64,000 nt of DNA, from assembly GCA_050084985.1 (NCBI GenBank), contig JBITNC010000002.1:30938001-31002000 (forward strand). The letters run 5' to 3'. Shown in pieces: positions 1 through 12,809 of the stretch. The position numbers and the translations under genes are program-made. The stretch's first letter is position 1, and every line of letters starts with the position of its first letter. Origin of the DNA: Nageia nagi. Its lineage: Eukaryota > Plantae > Pinophyta. The notes under the pieces are model-generated. The model was not told where the DNA came from. It did no database searches and worked only from the letters and a program-made list of their open reading frames with translations.

Positions 1-625
1 TAATCTTTCCTTTGATGTTGCTTTTAAAGCAATCATTTCTTCATTCATGATAAGGAATTCCCATGATTCCTCTTTGCATATTGTTACTTTTAGAAGACAA
101 CTCTCAAGATCTTTTTAATATCTCCATTTCACCATGAAGTCCATCAATGGCTATCTCATTATCTTCTATCTCCTCCTTGAGATAGTCATCTTCACAAAGT
201 ACTATCTCACTATTCTTTCTCTCCTCCTTGAGATATACTTTGTCATTCACTCTTGGTGAGTGATCTTCTTGCATGAACATGGAGTTTATAGCCTCCATTT
301 CTTCTTCATCAATGACCTCTCTAAGATCATCATCCCATATTGTCTCCATAAGACAATCATCATGTTGTGCTTCCTCCATGAAGCATTCCTCATCTTCTCC
401 TCTCTTCTCAACAAGAAGAAGATTCTCACAAACACTCTCCTCCTTAAGAGTTTCTTCTTGGTGATCTTCACATTAGGTGTCTTCACCATCAACTTGAGTA
501 ATGGAATCATCATCCCATATGATTTGAGCCTTTTCTTCATTCACTCCATGTGAGTGAGTTTCATCTACTCCATGTGAGTAGTTTTTAGCCATGGAACACT
601 CCTCCTCAAGGGTGTTTTCATCTTG

Positions 626-1165
626 TTATTTATCAAAAAAGAATTCTTGCCAACATTGGTTTGACTCCTCCTCATTCTCCATCATAAGAATGGGTTCACA
701 ATATGCTTCTTCCACAAAGCATTCATCATCATATGGCTGAGATGGTGTCTTCAATGAACACTCTTCAAATGTCTTCTCCATGAGACATGGATCATCACAA
801 GGCCAATCTAATTCCTTTCCAAGGAATTCTCCTTCATAGTTTTCATCATATGTGTCTTCATAAGATTCTCTCAATGCTTTCCAAGCTATTGTAGCTGATT
901 TACAATTAGCAATGATGGGAAAAACATTCTCTTTCATGGCTTTTCTCAAGTCCATGAGAGCTAAGCAATTTTGATATTGCTTTTCCTTCTTTTCTCTTTT
1001 CTCCTCTCCTTCAAGAAACTTCCAAGATGGAGGTTCATCATACCCATCTTCTATAATGCTCCAAAGGTCCTTAGCCTTGAGTAAGGTCTTCATTATTATG
1101 CTCCACCAAGCATAATTTTTTCCATCAAACTTGGGTACCTCCAAGTTTTCAAGCATGATGTCCAT
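626..1165 (-). CDS. Copia Gag N-terminal (DUF4219/UBN2-like) ORF with acidic tail
   Basis: Part of ORF 626..1258; likely start MDIMLE at 1165. Motifs PKFDGKNY..W...M..LL...DLW.I.EDG and I.NCKSA..AWKAL...Y are typical Copia Gag. Confidence 0.75.
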   Translation of the reverse strand: MDIMLENLEVPKFDGKNYAWWSIIMKTLLKAKDLWSIIEDGYDEPPSWKFLEGEEKREKKEKQYQNCLALMDLRKAMKENVFPIIANCKSATIAWKALRESYEDTYDENYEGEFLGKELDWPCDDPCLMEKTFEECSLKTPSQPYDDECFVEEAYCEPILMMENEEESNQCWQEFFFDK

Positions 1166-2827
1166 TTTAGAAAAATAATTTTTACTGAACAAACCTTCGA
1201 TGGGATAGTCATAAAATGGATGGCTTAAACTTATCCAAATGGGCTGAAATTTTAACAAGATGTTCTACACATCCATATATATATTTAGTCCAAATTTCAC
1301 TTGAAAATGAGTAATAGAGAAAAAGATATATGCATTGCAAGTTGACTGATTTTTCCAGGCCTGCACACGTTTTTACTGAACAGAACCAGTATTTTTGCAA
1401 AAGTAATCTTTGATTACTTTTTCTCAATGTCTTTCACTCTCTGTAATCAAAATCAGATATTAACAGAGATGAAAATAGGTCACCATTTAACATACAATAT
1501 GAAGTTCACCTTGACTTTGTAGAAGCACAACCTACACAATGGAGTTGTTCTCCTCTCACAGTATAGTATATTTCTTTGGATTTTGTAATGATGCTATACC
1601 ACATACGTATCAGGAACATGATTACATACTTCAAAAATTGGAACTGATAAATCAATGAAATAATAGTTTCTAACCTCAACCTCCAAATCCATCTTATTAA
1701 CTCATCACATTGCAACCGCTTCTATTTTTGTATTGGCCTTACGATTATTGACTTCTTGTTCACTTTCCTTGTGAGATGCTTCCCATAGTTGATCTTCTAT
1801 TCCAATTTTTTGTAGCTCTATAAGCCTCGCTCAACATCAATAGCATCATGAGATGTAGGAGATTGATTATTTTGACCAATCTAGTATTGAAGCTGCTCCT
1901 CAGCAACATCCTTCTACGGATGCATTGTTTCTCCTCCACAAGCTTCACGTCTCCTCCGCTCCTTCACATGAGTAGTGAGTCACCAAATGTCAGCTCCTTT
2001 AGAGTCTCCTCTAGCAATGTAATGTACCTCCTTGAGCTTTAGACCATGAAATGAATCCACCATGGTTTCAATTCGATCTATGGCCTCAGCAACGTACGTC
2101 TCCTCTTCATGCGTGAGTTGTTCCTTTACCCATTGTCACCTGCTATGAAATCTGCAATCTACTCTCCTCTTCACTCTGCTGGTGTCATCTTGGTGGCACC
2201 TTTCAAGAATGGAAAATAAAAAATAGTCATCTTCCTTCATACAGACCAGATCAGGCCATGAAATGTTTCTCCTCCACTGTTTCTCCTCTACACCATGAAC
2301 ATCTCCTCTTCCACGTAGCCTCGTGTGCAGCCTCCTTCAGATCGTGTGCATGCCATGAAATGTTTTCCCTGTCCATGTGAGCTTTAAGAAATATTTCTCC
2401 TCCTAGCTTCACACAGGTTTCCTCCTCTGTGTGGGCCACCAAATGCAGCATAGCAATACTTCACCCACGTATCTCAGCAACTCTTCATGCCTCCTCTGTG
2501 CGAGTCACCAAACATGTGAATGGAAAATGAACTAAGTTCAGATCACCAAATATATGGCTTTCATGCTCAACACAGTGCAACACTCCTCATGTGGGCTTGT
2601 TCAATCTCTCCTATGGCATTATACAACAATGAACAAATCCTTACTACACACAAATCCTTCTTTGCTCCCACTGGAATAAGAATTTTAGAGGCTTTGGATC
2701 TCACACTTGCAAGAATTTGATAAATTCTTTGCAATACATCCACAAGCTCAATAACTTTGATGATAGTCCTTGAGAAGCTTGATAAGATCCTTCAAGACTT
2801 CACCCACTCTAACCCAATAATCAACAG

Positions 2828-2840
2828 TGCTCTGATACCA
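2828..2840 (-). promoter_or_regulatory. Primer-binding site, tRNA-iMet
   Basis: + strand tgctctgatacca = minus TGGTATCAGAGCA, the canonical iMet PBS. Confidence 0.9.
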
Positions 2841-2842
2841 AT

Positions 2843-3158
2843 TGAGAGAACTATAATGTTCTATATTACTCATAAAAATGAGTTACATATATAGGCTTTG
2901 TGAGCCATTACAAGACAAGCTAAATGGTTGAGATGCAATATTCTCACACCATAACAAATATCACAAATAGCAGACCTACGTGAACTACAAGACAATAAGT
3001 GATGCCTATCCTAACAAATAGGCTAGGTATGGAATATGGTCAACATAGACCAAATATTCCTCACAAGCTAATATTAATACTTTAGGAAATACTCTTAATC
3101 CTAATTAATAAATCCTAATAACTTAGGACTTAGGGATATGTAGGGTATAATTCCAACA
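2843..3158 (-). repeat. 5' LTR of Copia element (~316 bp)
   Basis: TG...CA termini on the minus strand, 2 nt from the PBS. The partner LTR is not in the window. Confidence 0.75.
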
Positions 3159-3228
3159 GAAATATCCCACTGCTTCAATTGAACCTACTAGATGTGTTGA
3201 ACATATAAAAGAGAATGTTAAGGTTAGA

Positions 3229-3967
3229 ATGCTAGAATATGTAGATTCATCAGATGAATATAGAGCAAAAAAATGTATAAGAATAAGAAATAAAGGACAA
3301 ATTCATCGATTACAACTACCAAATGTTGATCCAGTTGAGCTACCAGATGAGAGTGTTGGTGATTTGCATTTAACACCTAATGTTGTACATTTATACAAGT
3401 CTACCTATGACCATAAGGCATACGGTGCATGGCCAATTGGAAAACCTTTTCCAAAAGCTTATGAACAATTCACTTATTATGGTCATTCATATATGATTAA
3501 ACCTTCTAATATACCTAATTTGGGTATTGGTTTGTTTATATTATCAAATGTACAAGTTCATCCATTCACTAAAAAGGACCATTAATGCCATTTTATGGGC
3601 CAATATGTAATGTTATATACTAGAGGATAATAACATCATATTTATGTAGTATGGATAAATATGGTATGTGTGGAAATACAACATCACAAATAAAAGATAC
3701 AAAATGTATGTACATTGATGGTCGACTAAAGATACATGGAAACATTGCAAGATATATGAACAACTCCAAAGGTATAGGCAGTCTAGCAAATTATGATTTT
3801 ATGGAATATGCAAATGATAAATATGAATTTATGCCTATAAAAATGAAAAGTTTATAGGTGTGGATCCTTTTGTAACTCTTAACCCTAGTGATGAGATCTT
3901 AGTGCATTACAACATTGATAAACATATTCTAGCATGTAAGAGATGTATGGATTTAGGAGATCCAAAT
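3229..3967 (+). pseudogene. SET-domain protein exon of CACTA copy A (frameshifted)
   Basis: Joined frames give IKPSNIPNLGIGLF...LMPFYGPI...YIDGRLKIHGNIARYMNNS...ANYDF...LNPSDEILVHYN, i.e. the SET motifs GxGLF, (RF)INxS and (G)xELxxxY. Confidence 0.8.
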
Positions 3968-4292
3968 GTATTTATTAAACCAAGATAAAAGTGTAAAGAG
4001 AAAAGAAATTATAGTAGATATTGAATAATGTTTGTAGTGCTAGGCATGTAGTTATGGCTTTAGACTATCTTATTTGCTATTTTATTGAAGATCCTTAAGG
4101 GATTTTATTTTTTGAAGAACATAATTATTGGAATTATTGATATATTTTACTTAAATTCATGTTATTTGTGTAATTTTTACTTAAACTTATGTACTTTTTA
4201 AACTTATTGACATATACTTATTAGATATTATGAATACTTGTTAAATTCAATTTTTTAACTATATTAATTATTTGTAATAAGTAATTTCATAG

Positions 4293-7200
4293 GCACATCA
4301 TACTACAGTAGATACACAAGATGAGTCAAATACAATATCTTATATGCTAACCTTACATCAAAAAAATATTCATTGGAAAAAAAGGAAGAAACTAAAGAAT
4401 ATATTAAGTAGGGATGAATATGTAGAATTCATTACAAATCCAAATCCAATGGCTCTTATTCAAATCATGAATTCAGATAGTGAAAATGATGAAAGACATT
4501 ATAACACTCATGATCAACAACAAAATGCAATGCATGATTTATTTCAATCAATCTATACAAATGAAGATGATACAAATGTAGGCATGAATGATAATCCTCA
4601 TGCACATGATGATGGAAGAGGAGGTGATTTAGAAAATGACAACATGTATGTTACTGCCAAAATACATTTATACAATGGAGCATTTATTTCCAAGTTGGAA
4701 GAGCTCCTACTTATCATGAATATAAAGGCCAAAAATGGATGGTCATATACAAGTGTCAATGATCTTCTGTAGTATGTATTTATTTTTATAATGTTTTTCA
4801 TTTTTTGTAAATTTATTGAATATTTTTCAAACTTTTTGAAAAATTATTTTCAATTGACAATGTCATACCTTCTTCATGTAGAAAAGTATGAAAATTTTTG
4901 AAGGATGTAGGGGTACCATGTGTTTCATACCATGCTTGTGTTAATGATTACATATTATATAGAGGATGATATGAAAAATTGAGTGTACATCCAAAGTATG
5001 GTGCAAATAGATATCGTCTAGGAACTATAGGAAAAATGTTCCTTTGAAGGTTGTTCACCATCTTCTAATTATCGATAAATTCATTAGAATATATAAGTGT
5101 GATTCATTTGCATAGTATATGGATTGGTATGCAAAAAATAGAAGTGAAGACAATGTATTATGAATTCCTAAAGATTCCAGAGCAATGAAACATATAGAAA
5201 ATATGTGGTTCGATAAATTTTGGGATGAACCTAAAAGTCTCAAGTTGGGTTTAGCAATTGATGGTGCCAATCCACATTCCATACAATCATCTAATTATTC
5301 AATATAGCATATTTTTAGAGTCAATTATAACATACCTCCATGGATGTCCTTTTTTATTTAATTTTAACTCTTTTAGTTCCTAGACCTAATCAAGTGAAAA
5401 ATATGGATATCTACCTTGAACCATTAATTGATGAACTAATGCAATTATGGAATGGAATTCAAAATTTTATTGACATAAGTAGACCCATCCAACAAAGATC
5501 ATTCACATTGTATGGCATACTATGTTGGACTATACATGATTATCCAAGTCTTAGTGTTTATTCAGTACGTATATATAATTTCTATTACATTTACATTTAT
5601 ATTAAAATATTTAATTTCTTAAAATTATATATAGTAATTATTATCTAATAAAAATGTATTATAGGGTTACGTACAGAAGGTTATCATGTTGATTCATGGT
5701 GTGCAAAAAATCTCATAGCAAGATATTCAGAACACTTGCAGAAGATGGAATACCTTGGCCACAAAAAATATTTACCATTAGATCATGAGTTTCAAAATAT
5801 GAAATCATAGTTTAATGGTCAAATTGATCACACAAAAATTCCAAATATGCATCTCCCGAGGATTGGTTGAAAAAGTAACAAGAAAGTGAAGAAATTTTTT
5901 GGATAAAATCCTTTGAGAAAGGTATTGTTGAAGATCTATAAGATGTTATTGTTAAAAAAGATGACTTACCTCAAGGTAAAATTTAATAAAATACTATATC
6001 AAATATTCTTTTTAACATCTCATTAATTCAATTATTTTATCAATTAAATGTTTACATTTGCATATGTTTTTAGATATGAACATATTATCCATATTTTATA
6101 ATATGGAATACTGGAAGGATTTATTAGTGACATATTTATTAGATCATATGCATATTGTTAATAATGTTGCATCTTATTTATACCAGTATACAAAAAGTAA
6201 AGAATTAGATAATATTCAATTGAGATATGACTTAAAGGATACCAAAACAAAATGTACCTTTTGGGTAACAAAATGCAAATGGAACAACAAATGCACCTAT
6301 TCTAACCTCATGGCTTATGACCAAAGATGAAGTGAACATTCTACATAATATTTTTAGAGCCATTAAAATACTAATGGAATATACATCATCTCTAAGAAAA
6401 GCATTCACAATTGATGGAAAAATGACAGGATTGAAGTCTCATGATTATCACAACTTATTGAAGGTATTCTCATATTATATGCATATCCAAAACCTTAAAA
6501 ATATTTATACTTATATATTTTTTATTCATCTATATTTGGATTAATATAAATTTTCTTATAGATTATTTTCCACTTGCAATTCATGGATGTATGACTTTAC
6601 CTACTGATTTAAGATATGCAATTGGTTGACTATCATTATTTATAAGGTATTTCATGCTATTTATGATACTATTTAATGAAAATATATAGTGCATTTATTG
6701 TTATTTTGTAGTTTCCAATATATTTTAAATACATATTATGATATTAATTGTATTTTCATAACTAGGTGGTTGACTTTAAAGGAAATACATGTCAATGAAA
6801 TCCCTAGATGGTGAAGAGAAATTGTGGAAATTGTTTGTAAATTTGAAAAAGAAATGCATGTTGCTTTTATGGATATATAAGTTAATATATTGATCCACCT
6901 AGTATATGATATTGAAATAGTAGGTGTTATAAGTACTAGAAGCATAGTTTTTATGGAAAGATTTTTGAAAGTACTTAAATGATTTGTTAGATAAAATTTA
7001 ATACCAGAAGGATCTATCTGTGAGGGATATATTATTCAACAATCTTTTTTTTATGTAAGTGATTTTCTATCTCAAATTCATGATTTAGCTCCAATGATAT
7101 GGTTACAAGCAAACAAAGACAATTATAAATTAGAAATGGAGGTTTTAGAAACAAATGAGAGATCATATGCTCTTAATAAAGGTACTAAATACATTTTAGA

Positions 7201-8160
7201 TAATAGTAATTTATAATAAGTACTATGTACATGCAATTTTAATTTAATTTAATCAATAATTACTAATAAGTTCATTTTATGTATTCAAAAAAATTATAGA
7301 TTGTGACATATATGAATATATAAACTATTTTATCACGATGAATATGGAGTTTTGTAAAGAATGAATTGAATTGTATGAAAGTAAAATAAATGCAACCTAG
7401 CACAACATATTTTGTTCTATAGTGAACATCCAAGGAGTACACCTATACCTTCATATGTAAGAGATGAAAATTGGCTAAAAGAGTGTCCAAGGTCATGGAT
7501 AAAGCAAGCAATTGAAGAGAAATTAGCTAAAGGTGTAGAAGAAAAAACCTATGAAGATGCTTTAAATATAGCTTATGGATGTAATTATGAGGTAATTATT
7601 CATTAATTCTTATGGACCTAAGTTTTTTTTATAAATAATATATATATAATACTTGTACCAATATAACATTTACATAAAAATATGTGCAAGCATTATCTTT
7701 TCCTGCAATGTGGGCATACGGTTTATGCTTCAAAATTGAAAAGAAAGATAGTAATAGAATGACCTTTGACTATGGAGTGATGGTTGATTTTGATTAAGCA
7801 AGTCATGGAAGTACAAAAGATAAAAACTTGATAGAAGGAAAAATACAATATGTTGGAAAAATTCAAGAAATCATATAATTGAATTTTAGATCATTCAAAT
7901 GTGTAGTATTCAAATGTAAATGGTTTGAAGGATTTGTAAATAGAAGATCCATATTTAATGATATACCTGGTGGTTATTATGCAATCGACTCTACATGATA
8001 TTTACCTCAAGAAAAAGAGCCATATGTTTTACCACAACATTATAGTCAAATATTTTTTGTCCATATTTACTAGATGAAAATATGTTGTTTGTAATTGATT
8101 GTGATCCGAGAGGGAAACATGTTGTACATATTCTTGATGAAAATGGTAACAATTGTGATT
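4293..8160 (+). pseudogene. CACTA TnpD/TNP2 transposase (Transposase_21, DUF4218, DUF4216), intron-containing, decayed
   Basis: GWSYTSVNDLL; HACVNDYILYRG; LGLAIDGANP; NYNIPPWM; MDIYLEPLIDELMQLWNG; WTIHDYP; DHMHI; GLKSHDYH; FMERFLKVLK..PEGSI.EGY; FKCKWF..EPYVLP. Confidence 0.92.
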
Positions 8161-9499
8161 AAAATATTATATGTATATTTGAGTAATTAAACATTATATA
8201 TATTGATATCTTTATTGATTTGAGGTTGACTTGCATATGAATTTGAATTATAGTATTTTTTTGAATATTTTGCAATTTTTAGATTACTTCCAATTAATTA
8301 CTCATTAATATATTACGCATATTACATGTATTTTCATGTTTAAGATGTTCAATCAATTCCATATGTAATAATTTCAAATGTGAAAGTGTATATACATGCT
8401 TGTGGTGGTCAATTTAATATTAGCATACCATGTTAGGGTTCTCTGCTTAGTCTTTCACTTGAGATATCATTATTTTCTTGTGTCAAAATGGGAACTAGGA
8501 AGTAGAGATCATAGGATGGACATGAAATATTCTTCATCAATTCTATGTAACATTAGCATGGTAGACCATACAGTAAAATGTATATTATGAAAATGCATAA
8601 TTCAAAATGTTAAGATTTACTTGATCAAACATCAACTAAAAATTCAACTAATGCATCAATCAAAATGTCAAAAATAACTTGAAAAATACATCAATACATG
8701 TATCTTGTAATGTGCCAATCAAGGCATCAACATACAAATAAAATGTAGTTTTGATACAGATTTGCAATCCCCAATGCTTAAAGAGTCAAAGCATCAAAGA
8801 AATTTTTGTTAACACATTAAATGATGCAAACTAAGTAAAATTCAATAGCAAATTTATTTGTATATTTTTAAATTATGTTATTCTAAATATCATCACTTAT
8901 AAATATTCTTATAAAAATATCAATTCCCAACCTTTCAGAAATGGATCAATGGTGACCTAAAATGGATTGTCGATGGTCCTCTTTTAGGGGAATTTGATAA
9001 TGAAATTTAAATTGCTATTTAAAAAAACTAATAAAAATATATAACAAAATTAAAATCAGCATTCACCTAAGATAACACAATCAAATTTATATTGATTCCT
9101 CCCAATGTGTAAGTACATTCATTTTAACATCTCTTCTTCATTATGGGACCCAAATAGGGATTACAAATTAGTGTGAATATGGAATACATTATCATAATAT
9201 TAAATGGTCCTTCTCCAACTTGCAATCACCTTGAATCAGATCTAAATCTTTAATTATTAAGTTTATGCTTCAACAATACCATAGACGAATCAACACTACC
9301 TCTCAACAACCTGCAATAATCTCGAAATGAATTACCTTCAAAATAGAATGGAAGAAGAAAATATTTTAGCCCCTAAAATTACCCTTGATTTTTCACATTC
9401 CAAGAAAACTACCATAAGAAATGGACCATTGTTAGTCCTCATGTGCTCACAAATGGATGACTAGCGATTCACTTTTTTCACAGTTATCTCACCAAATTT

Positions 9500-11045
9500 T
9501 ATAGACACGTCTAATTTTTAGCATGAAAACCAATGATGATAATTTACACTCCTAAAATTAATCTTTGAAAATGACCCTTTTTGAATTATCCCTTTGGATT
9601 TACCTCTTGATTTACTTCTACCTCTTTCTCTTGATCGCCCTCTACTCACAATGATAAGGGTTATGCTATAACTTTCACATGAAGACTTTCTTCTCATATC
9701 CTCACATAGAATAATTCCAACAACTTCATCAAAGACTAAGGTAGTGTTAGAGTCAGAATTACTAACAACCATTACAAGACTATTCCAACTTTTAGGAAGT
9801 GAGCATAATATTAGCAAATCTCTAATCTCATCAACAAAATTTATCTTAATCAAAACCAATTAGTTTATCACAGTATTGAACTCATTTACATGACCTAGAA
9901 TTGAACTTTTTTCATTCATCTTCATGTTAAATAACTTTTTCATTAAGTATTCCTTGTTTGAGGTGGATGTATTTTCATATATATATTTCCAATGTATCCA
10001 TTACTTCTTAATTTATAGTTTTTCCCTTTGTAATGTTTAAGGCTACACTTTAACTTAAGAAAAGTCTCACAATACCCAAGGCCTTCCTATCCAAGAGATC
10101 CTACTCTTCATCACTCATGGATGAGGGCTTATTTTATTTCTCTTCAAAATGTTGATAGAGGTACTTCTAGTACAAGTAGTCCTCCATTTATATTTTCCAA
10201 AATTAAAATTTTTAGCCATTGAATGTCTCTACCCTTAACCTCCCTTCTTTTTTCATTTGCTCCACTTGATCCAAAATCTACACATAAGATTTATCAAGTA
10301 CCCAACAAAAATATAGCTATGATACCACTTTTTAGTTTCTATTATTTTCAAATAAAACTTTGAGTAATTTACTCTCAAATATTTTAAAAAGAATTCAAAA
10401 AATATAACCTTAAACAAAACTAAGCACACAAGGAGAAGAGACGAGTTTAACATGGTTCAGTCAATGTGGGCTACATCCATGGAAAAACTTTCAATCCTTT
10501 GATTACCATCAATCTTCCAAGCCACCAAGAGACAAATTGATAACATAAACTTATTGTAACCCTATTCTTGGTACAAAAAAACCTCACTACAAAAATCTCA
10601 ATCTCTCTCCAACAAACTTGCATTAAACTACAATACTTCACATCATAAAAAAAATATTTTACATCAATCCAAGCCCATGGATTTATAAAAGTCTTACCAT
10701 ACCAAACTAGCCTAAAAAAAGTCAAATAAATCCTTGGAAAACATACCAATAAAGTGTAACTCCAAACTCATGAATTAAGACATCATGAAGAGTGCATTTG
10801 ATTTCCCAATTTGGAGTTTAATATCCTATGTTTGCTAACTAATTATCATAAGATCAATTATGACCATGTGATCAACCTTCTATAAATCAATTGATATTCT
10901 AGCACCCAAAATGCCCTTATCTTGATTGATATATCGATCACTAATCAGTTGAGCAATCATGCATGATCAATCCTATGCCTACTGCTTGGAAATAAATAGT
11001 GTGAAAACTCAAACTTAGCCACTAAATTAGGCTCCATACTCAACA
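9500..11045 (-). mobile_element. Truncated Tnt1-like Copia (5' LTR ~10330-11045, PBS, decayed gag)
   Basis: Minus strand starts TGTTGAGTATGGAGCC at 11045. PBS TGGTATCATAGC at 10316-10327. Gag FNG.NFNFWKI.MEDYLY and LLILCSLPKSW..VVGIILCEDMRRK..RGRS (ORF 9518..9859). No pol seen. Confidence 0.8.
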
Positions 11046-12369
11046 CATTAATCTATAATATCATATTCATTAATATATAATTCAATTAATTCATTATTTT
11101 TATCAATTTAGTTGAATTTCATTAATTTATATAATATTTATTAAAATATTTATTTGAAGGAAAAACTATAATTTATATCTCTTTTGCATGATCAATTATA
11201 AAATATAATCAAAGATTTACATATCAAATATAATGAGATTACAAAAATAATGTAATCGAATTTCCAAAGATAAATAAGATAAAATAAAATCTAGAAAAAA
11301 TTAATTCATAAAATAAAAAATATGAAAAATAATCAAATACTTAAAATATTTACACTAAATGATACTTTTTATAATCAATTTATCATTTTAATACAATATT
11401 ATTGAAATTTAAAATTTTAATCAATGTTAAGAACACTCTCTCTAGATAAATCTTCATATAATTAAATTCTATGATAAAATCATCAAACATGTTTTATTCT
11501 ATAATCTCTTATGTATGAAAAGTTTTAATCCCATCATGTATGAGTGATAAATAATATGTGGGGATTCATTATTTTTCATCTTCTTAGCAATTGATTGAGC
11601 TAGTCATTGCAGTTTTGATTATAGGAGCATGGCCACATTAGAGTCTATTCTGTTGAAGTTGCCTCCAAGTCATTCCTCAGAAGTATCCATCTATTTGGTA
11701 ACAACCTTCATAAATTCATACAAAAATGGTGGTTCATGATTCTTAAAAATCAATGAAACTATTATCCATTTTCTCCATGACCACATAAATGTCTTTATAT
11801 TTCTCACTATCATGATTATTAAGATTCATGTGAACCTTTTGCACATATTTAAATTTAGCTACCATTTGTAAATGCATGTGGCCCAAAAATACCCTTGGGC
11901 ATGATATTCCTTCCTCTGTAGTTCAATTTAGATATTTGTTTAGTTTTCAATTGAAATACTTCCACTATATAATTATCAAAAGCTATGTTTATAAAGGGAA
12001 ACTAGTCATAATCTCATTAGGTACCCACAAAATTTAGAGCATGATTTCCAATTTAAGGATTTATAGATGATTCTAAATTTTGATATTTTAGACATTCAAT
12101 CACTTTTAGTTTATATAAATTTTAATATTATAGATCCAATTCAAATCAGTTGTATTATTTTAATTTTTAAATTATTTATGGCTAAATATTTGATTCCTAG
12201 TTGTTAATGTAGGAACATCTTTCAACTAATGTTTAAACATGACTTTAGTAGTGCATTTCAAGATGAATATCTTAATGGTCTTCCCACTTCAATTTTTTAT
12301 TGATACCTTGAACTTAATGAAGTATTAAATTTTTTTTTTTTGCATCAATAAATATACTCCAATATGATG

Positions 12370-12650
12370 AACAAGATAGCTTGCATGATCAAGAAGGTCA
12401 ATAATGCATATATAATTATTCATCCTATGAATAATGTAGTAAGAGTCCCTCATGCTATTAAAGTATTTATAGCCCTCATCCATTATTCCTACATGGAAAC
12501 ATGCAAGTAGAATACATACAAAGGTTATGTTGTTAGGGTTGGCTCCCAAGTGCTTGATCAAATGAAAGAGTTTGAGGGCATCCTTGTTGTAGCCATGGAT
12601 TTCATATCCTCCAACCATTGCATTCTATGAAACTATGTTTGCATCATGTC
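12370..12650 (-). pseudogene. PLS-class PPR gene fragment
   Basis: ORF 12325..12618 (MVGGYEIHG..DALKLF..PNNITFVCILLAC.HVG..DEG.KYFNSM..IIDLL); duplicate of ~13230-13510. Confidence 0.85.
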
Positions 12651-12809
12651 TACTAAAGAACTCATAACCACAACATGTGATAGAAATATTCTTTTAAAGA
12701 GTCTTTTATGTATTAAAAAACCTTGTTACAAATTTCCCATTTTGGGGTATTTTTTAAAAAGGTTAGGAAAGGTGATTTTATAATGTTCTAATGCTACTAT
12801 TGTTTGTTG

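Larger units (their letters stand above)
1..3158 (-). mobile_element. Ty1/Copia LTR retrotransposon, 5' part (runs off window start), inserted into CACTA copy A
   Basis: Minus strand reads LTR (TGTTGGAA at 3158 to TCTCA at 2843), then PBS TGGTATCAGAGCA, a ~1.6 kb leader and a gag N-terminus (VPKFDGKNYAWWSIIMKTLLKAKDLWSIIEDG). Confidence 0.85.
3159..8712 (+). mobile_element. CACTA (En/Spm) transposon copy A, decayed; left part interrupted by Copia
   Basis: Carries a TnpD transposase pseudogene and is colinear with copy B (30.2-35 kb). Possible decayed right TIR cttgtaatg at 8704-8712 (CACTACAAG with one change); right boundary uncertain. Confidence 0.8.

Noticed and set aside
11600-12030. Coding-like minus-strand stretch (possible DYW domain)
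   Set aside because: No HxE/CxxC/DYW motifs were recovered; identity unresolved.
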